Source of the DNA: Abditibacterium sp.
GTDB lineage: Bacteria > Armatimonadota > Abditibacteriia > Abditibacteriales > Abditibacteriaceae
Length of the DNA stretch: 64,000 nucleotides
NCBI GenBank assembly: GCA_965199495.1
Contig: CBDASK010000003.1
Span: forward strand, 3,104,001 to 3,168,000
Direction: 5' to 3'
Part shown: positions 1-8,851 of the stretch, piece by piece
How positions within the stretch are numbered: the first letter of the stretch is position 1
Layout of the letters: each line of letters begins with the position of its first letter
Position numbers and translations under genes: made by a program
The notes under the pieces: generated by a model
Database searches by the model: none
Seen by the model: the letters and a program-made list of their open reading frames with translations, nothing else
Told to the model about the DNA's origin: nothing

Positions 1-1436
1 AATAAGCGCAGCGCTTCTTCGGGCAAAATCTCCGAGTAAGTCAGCGTATCGAACGCCTTTTCCTGTGTCTCGTCCTTAATGCGTTTCAAATTCAAACGCG
101 ATTGCACGATTTCTCCGGCGAACTCGCGAAACAGTCCCGTCATATCAAATTCGGGATCTAAACTGCGCCCCATCGCTTCGGTTGTGTAAAGCGCCTTTCC
201 CAAAAGCGCCAGACTCGCCGGAAAGTAAACGCCGTTGCGGCGCCCGCTCTCCAACACTTTGCCAAACGCCTCGCCCAGCCGCATCTGGCGCAATGTGCCG
301 CCCATCCACAAATACAAAATATCATCCACATCGTGCTCGAATGAAGGCAAATTAACGTTGCGGCCCGTCTTGGCCAGCCTCATCAGATGACGCAATGCGC
401 TTTCGCTATCGTGATGGAGCAAACCCATGAAAAACGCCGACAATTCCCAGCGTTCGCGCTCATTCAAACGCCCGACCATGCCGTAGTCAATGAACGCGAA
501 GACGTTGTTTTTCATCGCGAAATAGTTGCCGGGATGCGGGTCGGCGTGAAAAAATCCGTCAATGAATATCTGCCGCAAAATCGCGTGCGCTCCGTTGCGC
601 GCGAAGATTTTCGGGTTGATGCCGACGTCAATTAAATGCGCGCGACTGCCGACTGGTTCGCCCTCGATTAAGTCCATCGTCAAAACGCGCGAAGTCGAAT
701 ACCCGTCGAAGATGCGCGCGATTTTTACCGTCTTGCTCCCGGCAAACATCGCCTCGAAGCGCTTGGCGTGGCTGGCTTCGCGCGTGAAGTCCAATTCGCG
801 CTCCAAGGCGTCGGCGAACTGCTCGAACAGAGCCACCGGGCGATAGCCCGCCAGTTCGGGCGCGTGCCGCTCGATCCAACGCGCCAAGTAGCGCAGCAAA
901 CTAATATCCTGCTGCACAATCGGCTGGATGCCGGGCCGTTGCACTTTGACCGCGACCATTTCGCCGGTAAACAATTTCGCCCGATAAACCTGAGCGAGCG
1001 AGGCCGCGCCAATTGGTTCGGCGTCGAATTCATCGAACAAAACCGCGATCTTTTTGCCCAACTCTGATTCGATAATCTGGCGCGCTTCCTCAAAGGGAAC
1101 CGGCGGCACTTGATCGGTCAATTTGCCCAGTTCTTCCATATATTCGGGCGGCAACAAGTCCGAGCGCACCGACAGCATCTGGCCCAATTTGATATAAGTC
1201 GGCCCCAGCCGAATCAGCAAAACCCGCAAACGTTCGGCGTCGGTCGAGGCGCGCGCCTGTTCGAGTTGCCCTTCGTTGAGCCGCAGAAATCCCAATACGC
1301 GATGATGCCAGTAGATAAATTGCGTCAAGTGCGCCTGCGTCAACGCGTAAGCGAAACCCGCCTCGGAAATCAGCGTGATGACGTTGCGCAGTCGTTTGAT
1401 ATCGGCGACTTTGGCGGGCAGAGCGAGAAGAGACAT
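1..1436 (-). CDS. ABC1/AarF/UbiB-family kinase (3' end runs off window)
   Basis: Manual translation from ATG 1436: ...RLGPTYIKLGQMLSVRSDLLPPEY...PIGAASLAQVYRAKL...VAVKVQRPG, typical ABC1 motifs; not in ORF track because it is open at the edge. Confidence 0.9.
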   Translation of the reverse strand, partial: MSLLALPAKVADIKRLRNVITLISEAGFAYALTQAHLTQFIYWHHRVLGFLRLNEGQLEQARASTDAERLRVLLIRLGPTYIKLGQMLSVRSDLLPPEYMEELGKLTDQVPPVPFEEARQIIESELGKKIAVLFDEFDAEPIGAASLAQVYRAKLFTGEMVAVKVQRPGIQPIVQQDISLLRYLARWIERHAPELAGYRPVALFEQFADALERELDFTREASHAKRFEAMFAGSKTVKIARIFDGYSTSRVLTMDLIEGEPVGSRAHLIDVGINPKIFARNGAHAILRQIFIDGFFHADPHPGNYFAMKNNVFAFIDYGMVGRLNERERWELSAFFMGLLHHDSESALRHLMRLAKTGRNVNLPSFEHDVDDILYLWMGGTLRQMRLGEAFGKVLESGRRNGVYFPASLALLGKALYTTEAMGRSLDPEFDMTGLFREFAGEIVQSRLNLKRIKDETQEKAFDTLTYSEILPEEALRL

Positions 1437-1489
1437 GAGCCATTAAAGGCTACACCAATCGCGCGCCCGCGAACGCTGCGCGAATCATC

Positions 1490-1828
1490 TCAACTGACGA
1501 AAGTATCGAGTTTGGAAAGCACAACCGGCAGACGCCGCGAACGCTTGGCGCGTAGCGCCGCGATGTTTTCCAGTTCGATGCCCAGAAACTCTCGGCAAAG
1601 AAAAAGTAGCGCGCAAAACGCCAAATTCTGCGTCGCCGCCACGACGTGCTGGCGCGCCGCCATGTGCGTGAGATAACTCTCGATTTCCGGCACTCCCATC
1701 TCTAAAGGTCGCTTCCTATGAAAGCGCAGGAAACGCTCGATGGTAAGCAGATAAGATTCTTCGGTGCGCCCACTCATGCGCCGCACCCGCATAAACTCGC
1801 TGATTTGCCGCAAAAGTTCGCTTAACAT
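1490..1828 (-). pseudogene. intI: Integron integrase N-terminal (SAM-like) fragment; catalytic domain missing
   Basis: MRVRRMSGRTEESY...EIESYLTHMAARQHVVAATQNLAFCALLFL...RAKRSRRLPVVLS matches the IntI N-terminus; stops just after LPVVLS. Confidence 0.88.
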
Positions 1829-1964
1829 GTGCCGTCGCCACGTTGTGGGCGATTGGATGAATTAGGATACATAGCGGTATTTTACTCAATTTAGGTGTGT
1901 TATGCCGACGTGAAAAACTTTGTTGTAAATCGCGGTTTTATGTGCTATGCTAAACGCAGAATTC

Positions 1965-2007
1965 GTTATTAAACCGCTTCAGCGTCGGCTTAATAACAGT
2001 GTTCTGT
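1965..2007 (+). mobile_element. Candidate attI site (crossover G|TT at 2001)
   Basis: TAATAACAGT-GTTCTGT upstream of and divergent from intI; resembles attI1 TAAAACAAAGTT spacing; homologous motif at 47477-47493. Confidence 0.6.
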
Positions 2008-2176
2008 CGTCGCGTCAGCTTTTGGGGCGCGGCAAAAAAGTAAAGCGAAAAAGGAATACAAATAGCTCAACTTTCCCACACTCATTAGAGAGACTGTACC
2101 TGATGATTCAACTCCTTTATGGCATAATTTCAAATAGGCCATTTAACTCTGCGCTGTGTCGGTCGGAGTAAAACTC

Positions 2177-2401
2177 ATGTTTTGGATAATTGTAGCGATA
2201 CCCATTGTTCTTTTAATTCTGGCACTTCTGCTGGAGCCACTGGCGCAAAGCAGGCGCGAACGCGCGATATTTGAGCAGATGAAGAATGCGCGTGATGCGA
2301 ATGAAGCAAAAGCCGTAATGAATTCTGCAATAGACGCGAATAAGGACAAAACAAAGTTGCCTGAAGATTGGAACGATTCATATCGCCACTGGCAAAAATA
2401 A
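2177..2401 (+). CDS. Small membrane-anchored hypothetical protein (integron cassette 1)
   Basis: Hydrophobic N-terminal helix, AT-rich, between attI-like site and half attC. Confidence 0.65.
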   Translation: MFWIIVAIPIVLLILALLLEPLAQSRRERAIFEQMKNARDANEAKAVMNSAIDANKDKTKLPEDWNDSYRHWQK

Positions 2402-2425
2402 TGTCCGCACTAATCCCCAACAACA

Positions 2426-2468
2426 GCCGAACAAGAGATTATGTTGGCAAGAGGCCATATCCCACTTT
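2426..2468 (+). mobile_element. Left half of an attC-like site
   Basis: GCCGAAC-AAGAGATT...GCCATATCCCACTTT after the stop codon; homologous to 44398-44439. Confidence 0.5.
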
Positions 2469-2495
2469 TTCAGCAACTATTTCGCTTTTCACCAA

Positions 2496-2800
2496 TTAAG
2501 AGTGGTTATGGAGCGACTGTGACTGCCAGCTCGCATCAAACGGCTTCTGATGCTTCAACACGCCGTAAACGATCATCAACATCTTCCTCATGCACGCCGC
2601 CAGCGCTACCCTGCGCGGTTTGCCCGCCGCAATCAATCGCTGATAATGCGCTTTGATCAGAGGATTCCACGTTAGACCCGTTACGGCGGGAAAAACCATC
2701 GCTTTTCGTAATCGCGTGTTGACCTACTTGCTTAATCGTGTGTAGGGCGAACGCTTGCGCCGCTGCGATATTCACGCGGAGCCAATTAGGCGGCGCACGG
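2496..2800 (-). pseudogene. IS110-family transposase C-terminal remnant
   Basis: AA*LAPREYRSGASVR / frameshift / TRLSK*VNTRLRKAMVFPAV...NPLIKAHYQRLIAAGKPRRVALAACMRKML; internal stops and frameshift. Confidence 0.85.
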
Positions 2801-2860
2801 CTTGACAGGAAATGAAAGAGTCTATCCTACTATTTGTAGGAGAAAATCCAAAAGGAAGAT

Positions 2861-3142
2861 ATGCAATACGTTCTTATTATTCACGAAGTCGAAGATTATG
2901 CCGCATGGAAAGCGATTTTTGATGACGCAGCACAACTCCGCAAGGAAGCCGGAGAAATCAGTTATCAGTTGCTCAAGTTTGAAAATGACGCTACCAACCT
3001 CGTGCATTTCTCACGATGGAGTTCATTGCAAAACGCCAAGAACTTCTTCGAGTCGGAACGGTTAGTTGAAATTCGTAAACAAGCGGGTGTCAAAGCGCCC
3101 CAATTCGTCTATTTAGATGAAATTGAAAGTGGCATTTTATAG
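2861..3142 (+). CDS. Dimeric alpha/beta-barrel (ABM/cyclase-like) protein, probable cassette gene
   Basis: HEVEDYAAWKAIFD...RKQAGV pattern; followed by degenerate attC. Confidence 0.75.
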   Translation: MQYVLIIHEVEDYAAWKAIFDDAAQLRKEAGEISYQLLKFENDATNLVHFSRWSSLQNAKNFFESERLVEIRKQAGVKAPQFVYLDEIESGIL

Positions 3143-3231
3143 TGAAGAACACGATTTGGGCACCGGGCGTTGCTGTTAGCTCCATTGGAATCACGCTCCC
3201 AACGCACACATTCCGTGTAATACCAACCGCA

Positions 3232-3290
3232 ACACAACGAGGCGCTAATCTCGACCGCTTCCAGTTTCGCGCTTGTCGCGTAAGTTACAG
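3232..3290 (+). mobile_element. Degenerate attC site
   Basis: ACACAACGAGGCGCTAATCTCGACCGCTTCCAGTTTCGC closely matches the left half of the attC at 46911-46979; right arm incomplete. Confidence 0.55.
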
Positions 3291-3325
3291 GAATTTAAAG
3301 CGAGAAGACTGAAACTTTCGGTTTT

Positions 3326-4237
3326 TCAGCGCACCTCTGCGCCCTTCGCCGCGTGTTGAAACTCTTGCAAAATGGCGCGCACTGGCAAACGCTCGTCGTC
3401 ACGGGCAATGGCCGCGCTGAAATCAATGTGGCCCTGCGGCGCGCGCAAGGGTTTAAAAGTGACGTTGGAAGAAGGCATTTGTTGCACATCGTCCGGCACG
3501 ATTCCCACGCCGGAACCGCTGCCGATGAGCGCCAATAAGCTCGAAAGTCCGTCGGCCTGGTGCGCGATGCGCGGCGTGAAGCCGGCCTGGCGACAAACGG
3601 CGTGCACCAGTTCATTGCGACCGGGAAAAGTCGTCTCGTCCAGTCCGATGAACTCTTCGTTTTGTAGTTCGCCAACTTTGAGAAGGGCGCGCCCCGCCAA
3701 CCGGTGCGCCGAATTGAGCGCGGCCATCAAAGCGATGCGGCAAATCGTCGTTAATTGAAATTCGCGGCCCACTTCGGGCGCGGCGTGGCCGATGAGCGCG
3801 ATGTCGAGCCGTCCCGCGCGCAACGCTTCGATCTGGCGGCCCGGCGAGAGTTCAAATAATTTGATTTCGACTTGCGCGTGCTTTTGATGAAAGATTTGCA
3901 ACGCGGCGCCCAAAAAACTGCCCAGCGCGGGCGCGATGTAGCCGATGGCGATGTTGCTGTTGCGACATTCGATAAAGCGCCGCATCGAAAGCACGGCTTC
4001 GGCGCTCTGCTCGGTAATTTGGCGCGCCTGGGGCAAAAACTCGCGGCCCGCCGGAGTGAGGCTCATGCCCGACGCGGTGCGCGCGAACACAGCCACGCCC
4101 AATAGCTTCTCCAAATCTTTGATCTGGCGACTCAACGCGGGTTGCGTGATGAACAGGCGCGCCGCCGCGCGCGTGATGTTGCCTTCTTCGGCCACCGCCA
4201 CGAAATAACGCAGATGTCGCAATTCCATCTGTGCCAT
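3326..4237 (-). CDS. LysR-family transcriptional regulator
   Basis: MELRHLRYFVAVAEEGNITRAAARLFITQPALSRQIKDLE HTH; divergent from pirin. Confidence 0.95.
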   Translation of the reverse strand: MAQMELRHLRYFVAVAEEGNITRAAARLFITQPALSRQIKDLEKLLGVAVFARTASGMSLTPAGREFLPQARQITEQSAEAVLSMRRFIECRNSNIAIGYIAPALGSFLGAALQIFHQKHAQVEIKLFELSPGRQIEALRAGRLDIALIGHAAPEVGREFQLTTICRIALMAALNSAHRLAGRALLKVGELQNEEFIGLDETTFPGRNELVHAVCRQAGFTPRIAHQADGLSSLLALIGSGSGVGIVPDDVQQMPSSNVTFKPLRAPQGHIDFSAAIARDDERLPVRAILQEFQHAAKGAEVR

Positions 4238-4337
4238 TATAACCGAAAAGCATGGCGCGCCCCAAAAATAGGCATTGGGCAAAGCGGATGGGGCGAGGGA
4301 AAATGAGAAGCGAACCTTTTCAATAAGGACGATTCAC

Positions 4338-5057
4338 ATGAACAACGTTATCACGAAATCTCGCATCACGATTCGCCGCGCCCACGAACGCGGCCATGCT
4401 GCCCGTGGCTGGCTCGATAGCCGCCACACTTTTTCTTTCGCCGAGTATTTCGATGCGGCGCACATGGGCTTTCGCTCGTTGCGCGTCATCAACGAAGATC
4501 GCGTTGCGGCGGGCGGCGGTTTCCCGACGCATCCGCACAAGGACATGGAAATCTTTTCCTACGTCGTGTCGGGCGAACTCGAACACCGCGATAGCATGGG
4601 CAACAGTCGCATTAACCTCGCTGGCGAATTGCAAGGCATGAGCGCAGGCAATGGAATTGCGCACTCGGAAGGCAACGCTTCGCGCGATAAACCCGTGCAT
4701 TTTCTGCAAATCTGGATTTTACCCAACCAGAAAAATCTGACGCCGACTTACTCCGAATGGAAGCCCACCGCTGGCACGCCCAAAAATTTGACGCTGTTGG
4801 CCTCGCCCAATGGAGAAGATAATAGCGTCGTCGTCCATCAGGATGCGCGCATTTATCTGGGGCAACTCGAAGCGGGCGACAGCGTGGAATATTCGACCAC
4901 CGCTTCACGCGGCCTGTGGCTGCAAGTCATCGACGGCGAAATCGAAATCGACGGCGAAACGTTAAGTGCGGGCGACGGCGCGTCGGTCGAAAACATCGAA
5001 CGCCTGACGGTGCGCGCGACTGACGAAAGCCAGTTCTTGCTGTTCGATCTGGCGTAA
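4338..5057 (+). CDS. Pirin-family protein (YhhW-like)
   Basis: GWLDSRHTFSFAEY, GFPTHPHKDMEI, HRDSMGN, HSE, FLQIW motifs. Confidence 0.93.
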   Translation: MNNVITKSRITIRRAHERGHAARGWLDSRHTFSFAEYFDAAHMGFRSLRVINEDRVAAGGGFPTHPHKDMEIFSYVVSGELEHRDSMGNSRINLAGELQGMSAGNGIAHSEGNASRDKPVHFLQIWILPNQKNLTPTYSEWKPTAGTPKNLTLLASPNGEDNSVVVHQDARIYLGQLEAGDSVEYSTTASRGLWLQVIDGEIEIDGETLSAGDGASVENIERLTVRATDESQFLLFDLA

Positions 5058-5067
5058 AGACAGCGAA

Positions 5068-5109
5068 AATTGAGCGTGCCCACGAATATATTCGTGGGCA
5101 CGCTCAATT
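5068..5109. terminator. Perfect hairpin between convergent genes (terminator or REP-like)
   Basis: AATTGAGCGTGCCCACGAAT-AT-ATTCGTGGGCACGCTCAATT. Confidence 0.7.
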
Positions 5110-5133
5110 CTGAGAAAACTGCCGGGGCCGCTT

Positions 5134-6567
5134 CTAAACTTTTGCGACGGTTGTAAAGCTGGTCTCTTTATGGACAGTGCTGGAAATGTTGCTCATCGTC
5201 TGCAATTCGATGGTAACGGGTTTTGGAGTGCGCTTTTTCGCGCGAATCGTGACTTGCAAAGTGCTGGGATTCTTTTTGGAAATCCGTGCGTCGCCGATAA
5301 AGTTGAAGCCGCCGCCAAAAACCATCGCATCGGTGACGTTTTTGCCGCGTAATTTAAAATGAATATCCCAATCTTCGCCGTTGCGGAGGATGGCCCGCAT
5401 CACCGGAGAAATGGCGATGCCCGGAGCGAACCCGTTCGAGATGACAAAAGACATCGTGCATTGCGCGCCCTGCTTTCCTTTACCCAGAAAGACGAGCGCG
5501 TGGCTGCCGTTTTTCTGAATCGCCGGGACACCCGTTTTTGCCGCACCGCTACTCGGCAAAGTCACTTTGGGAAGCGTATTGAAATGCTTGATCAGCCAGT
5601 AAGCCACGCCGGTCTTGGTGTCTGGTGCGATTGTGTCTCCTTCCGCATTCACCACCGATTCGGGGAAAGTGGCCAAGCTCTTCAGCGCGCCGTAGGGATA
5701 AACTCCCCAGATCGCGGGCACGGCACCATGATCCTCAAGGTCAAAAACCATCATTTGGCTGCTCTGCAAAAAACTGGGGCCGCCATAACCGGGCCGATCA
5801 TTAGAGTCGGGAGGAGCCAACATGACAGCCGAGGTTTTATTCAACTGATTGGTAAAAGTCACTGTCGAATACAATCCATCGCGCGCAGAAAGCTCATTGT
5901 TATACCAGAGCCTGAGCGGGCTGTCCGCAGACATTCCATCGGTCGCTCTGATATTCTTTCTCAGTTCAGAGTTTCCGCGCGCGTCTCCTAAAATATTTCC
6001 GCCCAGTGTCCACGGCCCCATCAACGCCAGGCAATCTCGCTTGCCTTGGTAATTTTTCAGCGTTTGAACTCGTTCTGCCGAGATACCGTAGTTCAAACTG
6101 GTCACGGGAACCTTAAATCCGCCGGAAGTTAAACACGCAATGTTTCTTTTATCTTGCGCTTCCGGGTAGTTCATGTCCGTTTCGTAAAAAGCCTCTTTAC
6201 GCGTGAAGCAATTGGCCATGTCAACGGCCATTTGCAGAGGATTTGCGCCGTGAGCAAACACATGATCCATCATGGCAAAGTTGGTATAAAATCCATCGGC
6301 ATGGGTGCGCACGTAACTCCATTTGGCAGAGTTATCGGGATTGGCCAGTTCTTCCCAGGCCGTGGGTAAACCGCCAAAGTCACTCGACCCAACATAAACT
6401 TTCGCCTGCCGTTCGGGTAAAATCCTGATGGTTTTTGTGGCCGCTACGCCTTGACGAATGCGGTTTGGTTTGGATGTGGTTTGTCCGCGTGCCAATGTCG
6501 TGACGCCAAGGGCCAACAGACAGCAGAGCGCGGACGAAACAAGGAATTGTTGGGGAACTATTGTCAT
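5134..6567 (-). CDS. Secreted hypothetical protein
   Basis: Long ORF with signal-peptide-like N-terminus; atypical codon usage; family not recognised. Confidence 0.75.
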   Translation of the reverse strand: MTIVPQQFLVSSALCCLLALGVTTLARGQTTSKPNRIRQGVAATKTIRILPERQAKVYVGSSDFGGLPTAWEELANPDNSAKWSYVRTHADGFYTNFAMMDHVFAHGANPLQMAVDMANCFTRKEAFYETDMNYPEAQDKRNIACLTSGGFKVPVTSLNYGISAERVQTLKNYQGKRDCLALMGPWTLGGNILGDARGNSELRKNIRATDGMSADSPLRLWYNNELSARDGLYSTVTFTNQLNKTSAVMLAPPDSNDRPGYGGPSFLQSSQMMVFDLEDHGAVPAIWGVYPYGALKSLATFPESVVNAEGDTIAPDTKTGVAYWLIKHFNTLPKVTLPSSGAAKTGVPAIQKNGSHALVFLGKGKQGAQCTMSFVISNGFAPGIAISPVMRAILRNGEDWDIHFKLRGKNVTDAMVFGGGFNFIGDARISKKNPSTLQVTIRAKKRTPKPVTIELQTMSNISSTVHKETSFTTVAKV

Positions 6568-6691
6568 GCCGAGTTTCAAGGGAAGTGCCTCCACTGTAGA
6601 TATATATCAGCCGGAAGACATTATACAACAGAGTGGTTTTCTCCAATCTGCGTTGCTTCACCTCTCTCGTAGGAGCGGCCAAAGCTCCCAA

Positions 6692-6904
6692 TTAACCTAC
6701 GCGCGCCCATTCTGGCTCGTCTTCGAGACGATACAACAGTTCGCCCGCGCGCTCAACGTAGAGAATGCCCTCGTCCTCGCGGTTCTGGAAATCTTCGACG
6801 TTGATCGTTGCCGGATCGCGGTAACCGAGATTAATCTTCGCGCAGAGTGCCGGTTGCCAGCGTCACTTTGACGCACGGTTTTTCGATGCTGCCCACCATT
6901 TTGC
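6692..6904 (-). pseudogene. Diverged duplicate of the 3' end of the LarA-family gene (7453-7676)
   Basis: Encodes KINLGYRDPATINVEDFQNREDEGILYVERAGELLYRLEDEPEWARVG*; internal ~11-bp deletion. Confidence 0.9.
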
Positions 6905-6973
6905 TTTGGAGCCGTATTGGTCTACAATACGGCTCGCGCACGCGGGTAAACTCACGTATCAAATGGAGAAACA

Positions 6974-7396
6974 ATGAAAAAATTACTATTGGTTATCTTT
7001 CTGGGAGCGGTTGGGTCTGTTGCATTTGGTCGTCCGAACATTGTCAGGAACCCAACGATGCAGACCGATTCGGCATATAGTGACCGAATTGGCCCTGAAG
7101 CGAGTGATACGCAAGTTCAGGGGGCCGGAATCGTTTCGCGCATTTTGCCGGACGACAACCAGGGTAGTCGCCATCAACGCTTCATTCTCCACCTGAAATC
7201 CGGCCAAACGCTTCTGGTGGCTCACAATATTGATCTCGCGCCGCGCGTAGATAATTTAAAAAAGGGAGATGTTGTGGAATATAGTGGAGAATATAAATGG
7301 AATCCAGAAGGCGGCCTCGTGCATTGGACTCACCGGGATCCAACGGGGCGGCACGTTGCAGGCTGGCTAAAGCATCAGGGACGTATTTTTCAGTAG
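6974..7396 (+). CDS. DUF3465-family secreted protein
   Basis: LPDDNQGSRHQRFIL, LLVAHNIDLAPR, GGLVHWTHRDP motifs. Confidence 0.9.
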   Translation: MKKLLLVIFLGAVGSVAFGRPNIVRNPTMQTDSAYSDRIGPEASDTQVQGAGIVSRILPDDNQGSRHQRFILHLKSGQTLLVAHNIDLAPRVDNLKKGDVVEYSGEYKWNPEGGLVHWTHRDPTGRHVAGWLKHQGRIFQ

Positions 7397-7398
7397 TG

Positions 7399-7452
7399 TT
7401 CCAACGATTCAATCAAGCCGAACTGCAAAACGGTTCGGCTTGATTGAGGGCA
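7399..7452 (+). mobile_element. attC-like hairpin lacking the R' GTT; may act as terminator
   Basis: TTCCAAC-GAT-TCAATCAAGCCGAA...TTCGGCTTGATTGA-GGGC right after the stop codon. Confidence 0.45.
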
Positions 7453-8727
7453 TCAACCCACGCGCGCCCATTCCGGCTCGTCTTCGAGGCGATACAACAA
7501 TTCGCCCGCACGCTCGACATACAGCACGTCTTCGTCCTCGCGGTTCTGGAAATCTTCGACGTTGATCGTCGCCGGATCGCGGTAACCGAGATTGATTTTT
7601 TCGCATGTTTCGCGTGGGATGCCGGTCGCCAACGTCACGCGGATGCGCGGTTTTTCAACGCCATCCACCATTTTGCCGACGCCGCGAACGTGCGTCGAAT
7701 GGGCCAAAATGCCCCACGGTTCGTCTTTGAACTTGTCCCAATTCGCCAGAAAATAGGGCAACGTGTGATAACCGATTCGCTCGATAATGGCGCCGTGAAC
7801 CGGCGAAACTTCGGTGATGTGCGGCGCGTAAATAATCAGTTCGCCACCATCAGCCACGACGGGTTCCAATTTATACATACATTTGCCGCCGACCCACAAA
7901 TCGTCATACATTTTGGGCGCCTGACTCAGCACAGTTTGGAACGGATGCGGCACGCGCTTGACGTTGACGCCGTTGCTCAAATCTGCTGCGGATTCCCACG
8001 CTTGTTCCGGCGTGCCGACGGTCAGAGCGACCAGCGATTTATCGGGCGCGACGACCATGCAAAACGCGGCTTTGGGAACTGGAACCATCGCGGCGGCGCG
8101 GTCAACGACGGCGCGCACCGCCGTCCATTTGTGGCCGATGACGCGCGCATTTGTCAAAACCGCGCCCAGCCAGTGAAAGAAATTTAGCACTTCTGGCCCG
8201 CCGATGCCGGGAAACAGATATTTGTTGCCGCCCGAAAACCCAACGACTTCGTGCGGAAACACCGGCCCGACGATGAGGATTTGATCGTAACTCAACGCGG
8301 TTTTGTTGAACGTCACTTCGACATCCATCGCGAATAAACCGCCCGAAAGTTCGTCAATTTCGCTGGAGGGAATCGTGCCCAGCGTTTGTAGCGCGTCGGG
8401 ATTGTCCCATTTGTGATTGAGATAGGCGACGTGGCTGTATGTCGCGGCGCGCTCGTCGGCGCTGATTTCGAGGCGCGCGTTGATTTGGTCGTCGCTCATC
8501 GGCGGATGTGTGCCGAGGGCAATCATCACGTCGAGATTTTTGGTTTTGGCGCCGATACAGTCGAAAATCGTTTTGAACAACAAGCCGACGGGCGCGCTCC
8601 GCGTGGCATCGGGCACGACGAGCAAAACGCGTTTGCCATCGAGTTGCAGACTATCGAGGAACGGCGCGGCGATGGCGCGAACTTGATTTGAAGAAATCAT
8701 AACTTTTGGTTTCGACGAATCTGTCAT
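7453..8727 (-). CDS. LarA-superfamily (lactate racemase domain) 2-hydroxyacid racemase/epimerase
   Basis: PDATRS, ALGTHPPM, PHEVVGFSGGNKYLFPG motifs. Confidence 0.88.
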   Translation of the reverse strand: MTDSSKPKVMISSNQVRAIAAPFLDSLQLDGKRVLLVVPDATRSAPVGLLFKTIFDCIGAKTKNLDVMIALGTHPPMSDDQINARLEISADERAATYSHVAYLNHKWDNPDALQTLGTIPSSEIDELSGGLFAMDVEVTFNKTALSYDQILIVGPVFPHEVVGFSGGNKYLFPGIGGPEVLNFFHWLGAVLTNARVIGHKWTAVRAVVDRAAAMVPVPKAAFCMVVAPDKSLVALTVGTPEQAWESAADLSNGVNVKRVPHPFQTVLSQAPKMYDDLWVGGKCMYKLEPVVADGGELIIYAPHITEVSPVHGAIIERIGYHTLPYFLANWDKFKDEPWGILAHSTHVRGVGKMVDGVEKPRIRVTLATGIPRETCEKINLGYRDPATINVEDFQNREDEDVLYVERAGELLYRLEDEPEWARVG

Positions 8728-8815
8728 TTGTAGAGACACCGACTTGTCGTGTCTAAAACGTTAGATTTGCCGCGATTTTTACGTTTTAGACACGACAAGT
8801 CGGTGTCTCTACAAA
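8727..8815. repeat. GTAG-type REP doublet (REPIN-like)
   Basis: TTTGTAGAGACACCGACTTGTCGTGTCTAAAACGT...ACGTTTTAGACACGACAAGTCGGTGTCTCTACAAA. Confidence 0.8.
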
Positions 8816-8851
8816 AGAGAAACGCGCCGCTTTGCGATGCACTTGTGTCGT

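Noticed and set aside
2725..2750. CTTAATCGTGTGTAGGGC as the right half of the first attC
   Set aside because: It lies inside the IS110 coding remnant (TRLSK region)
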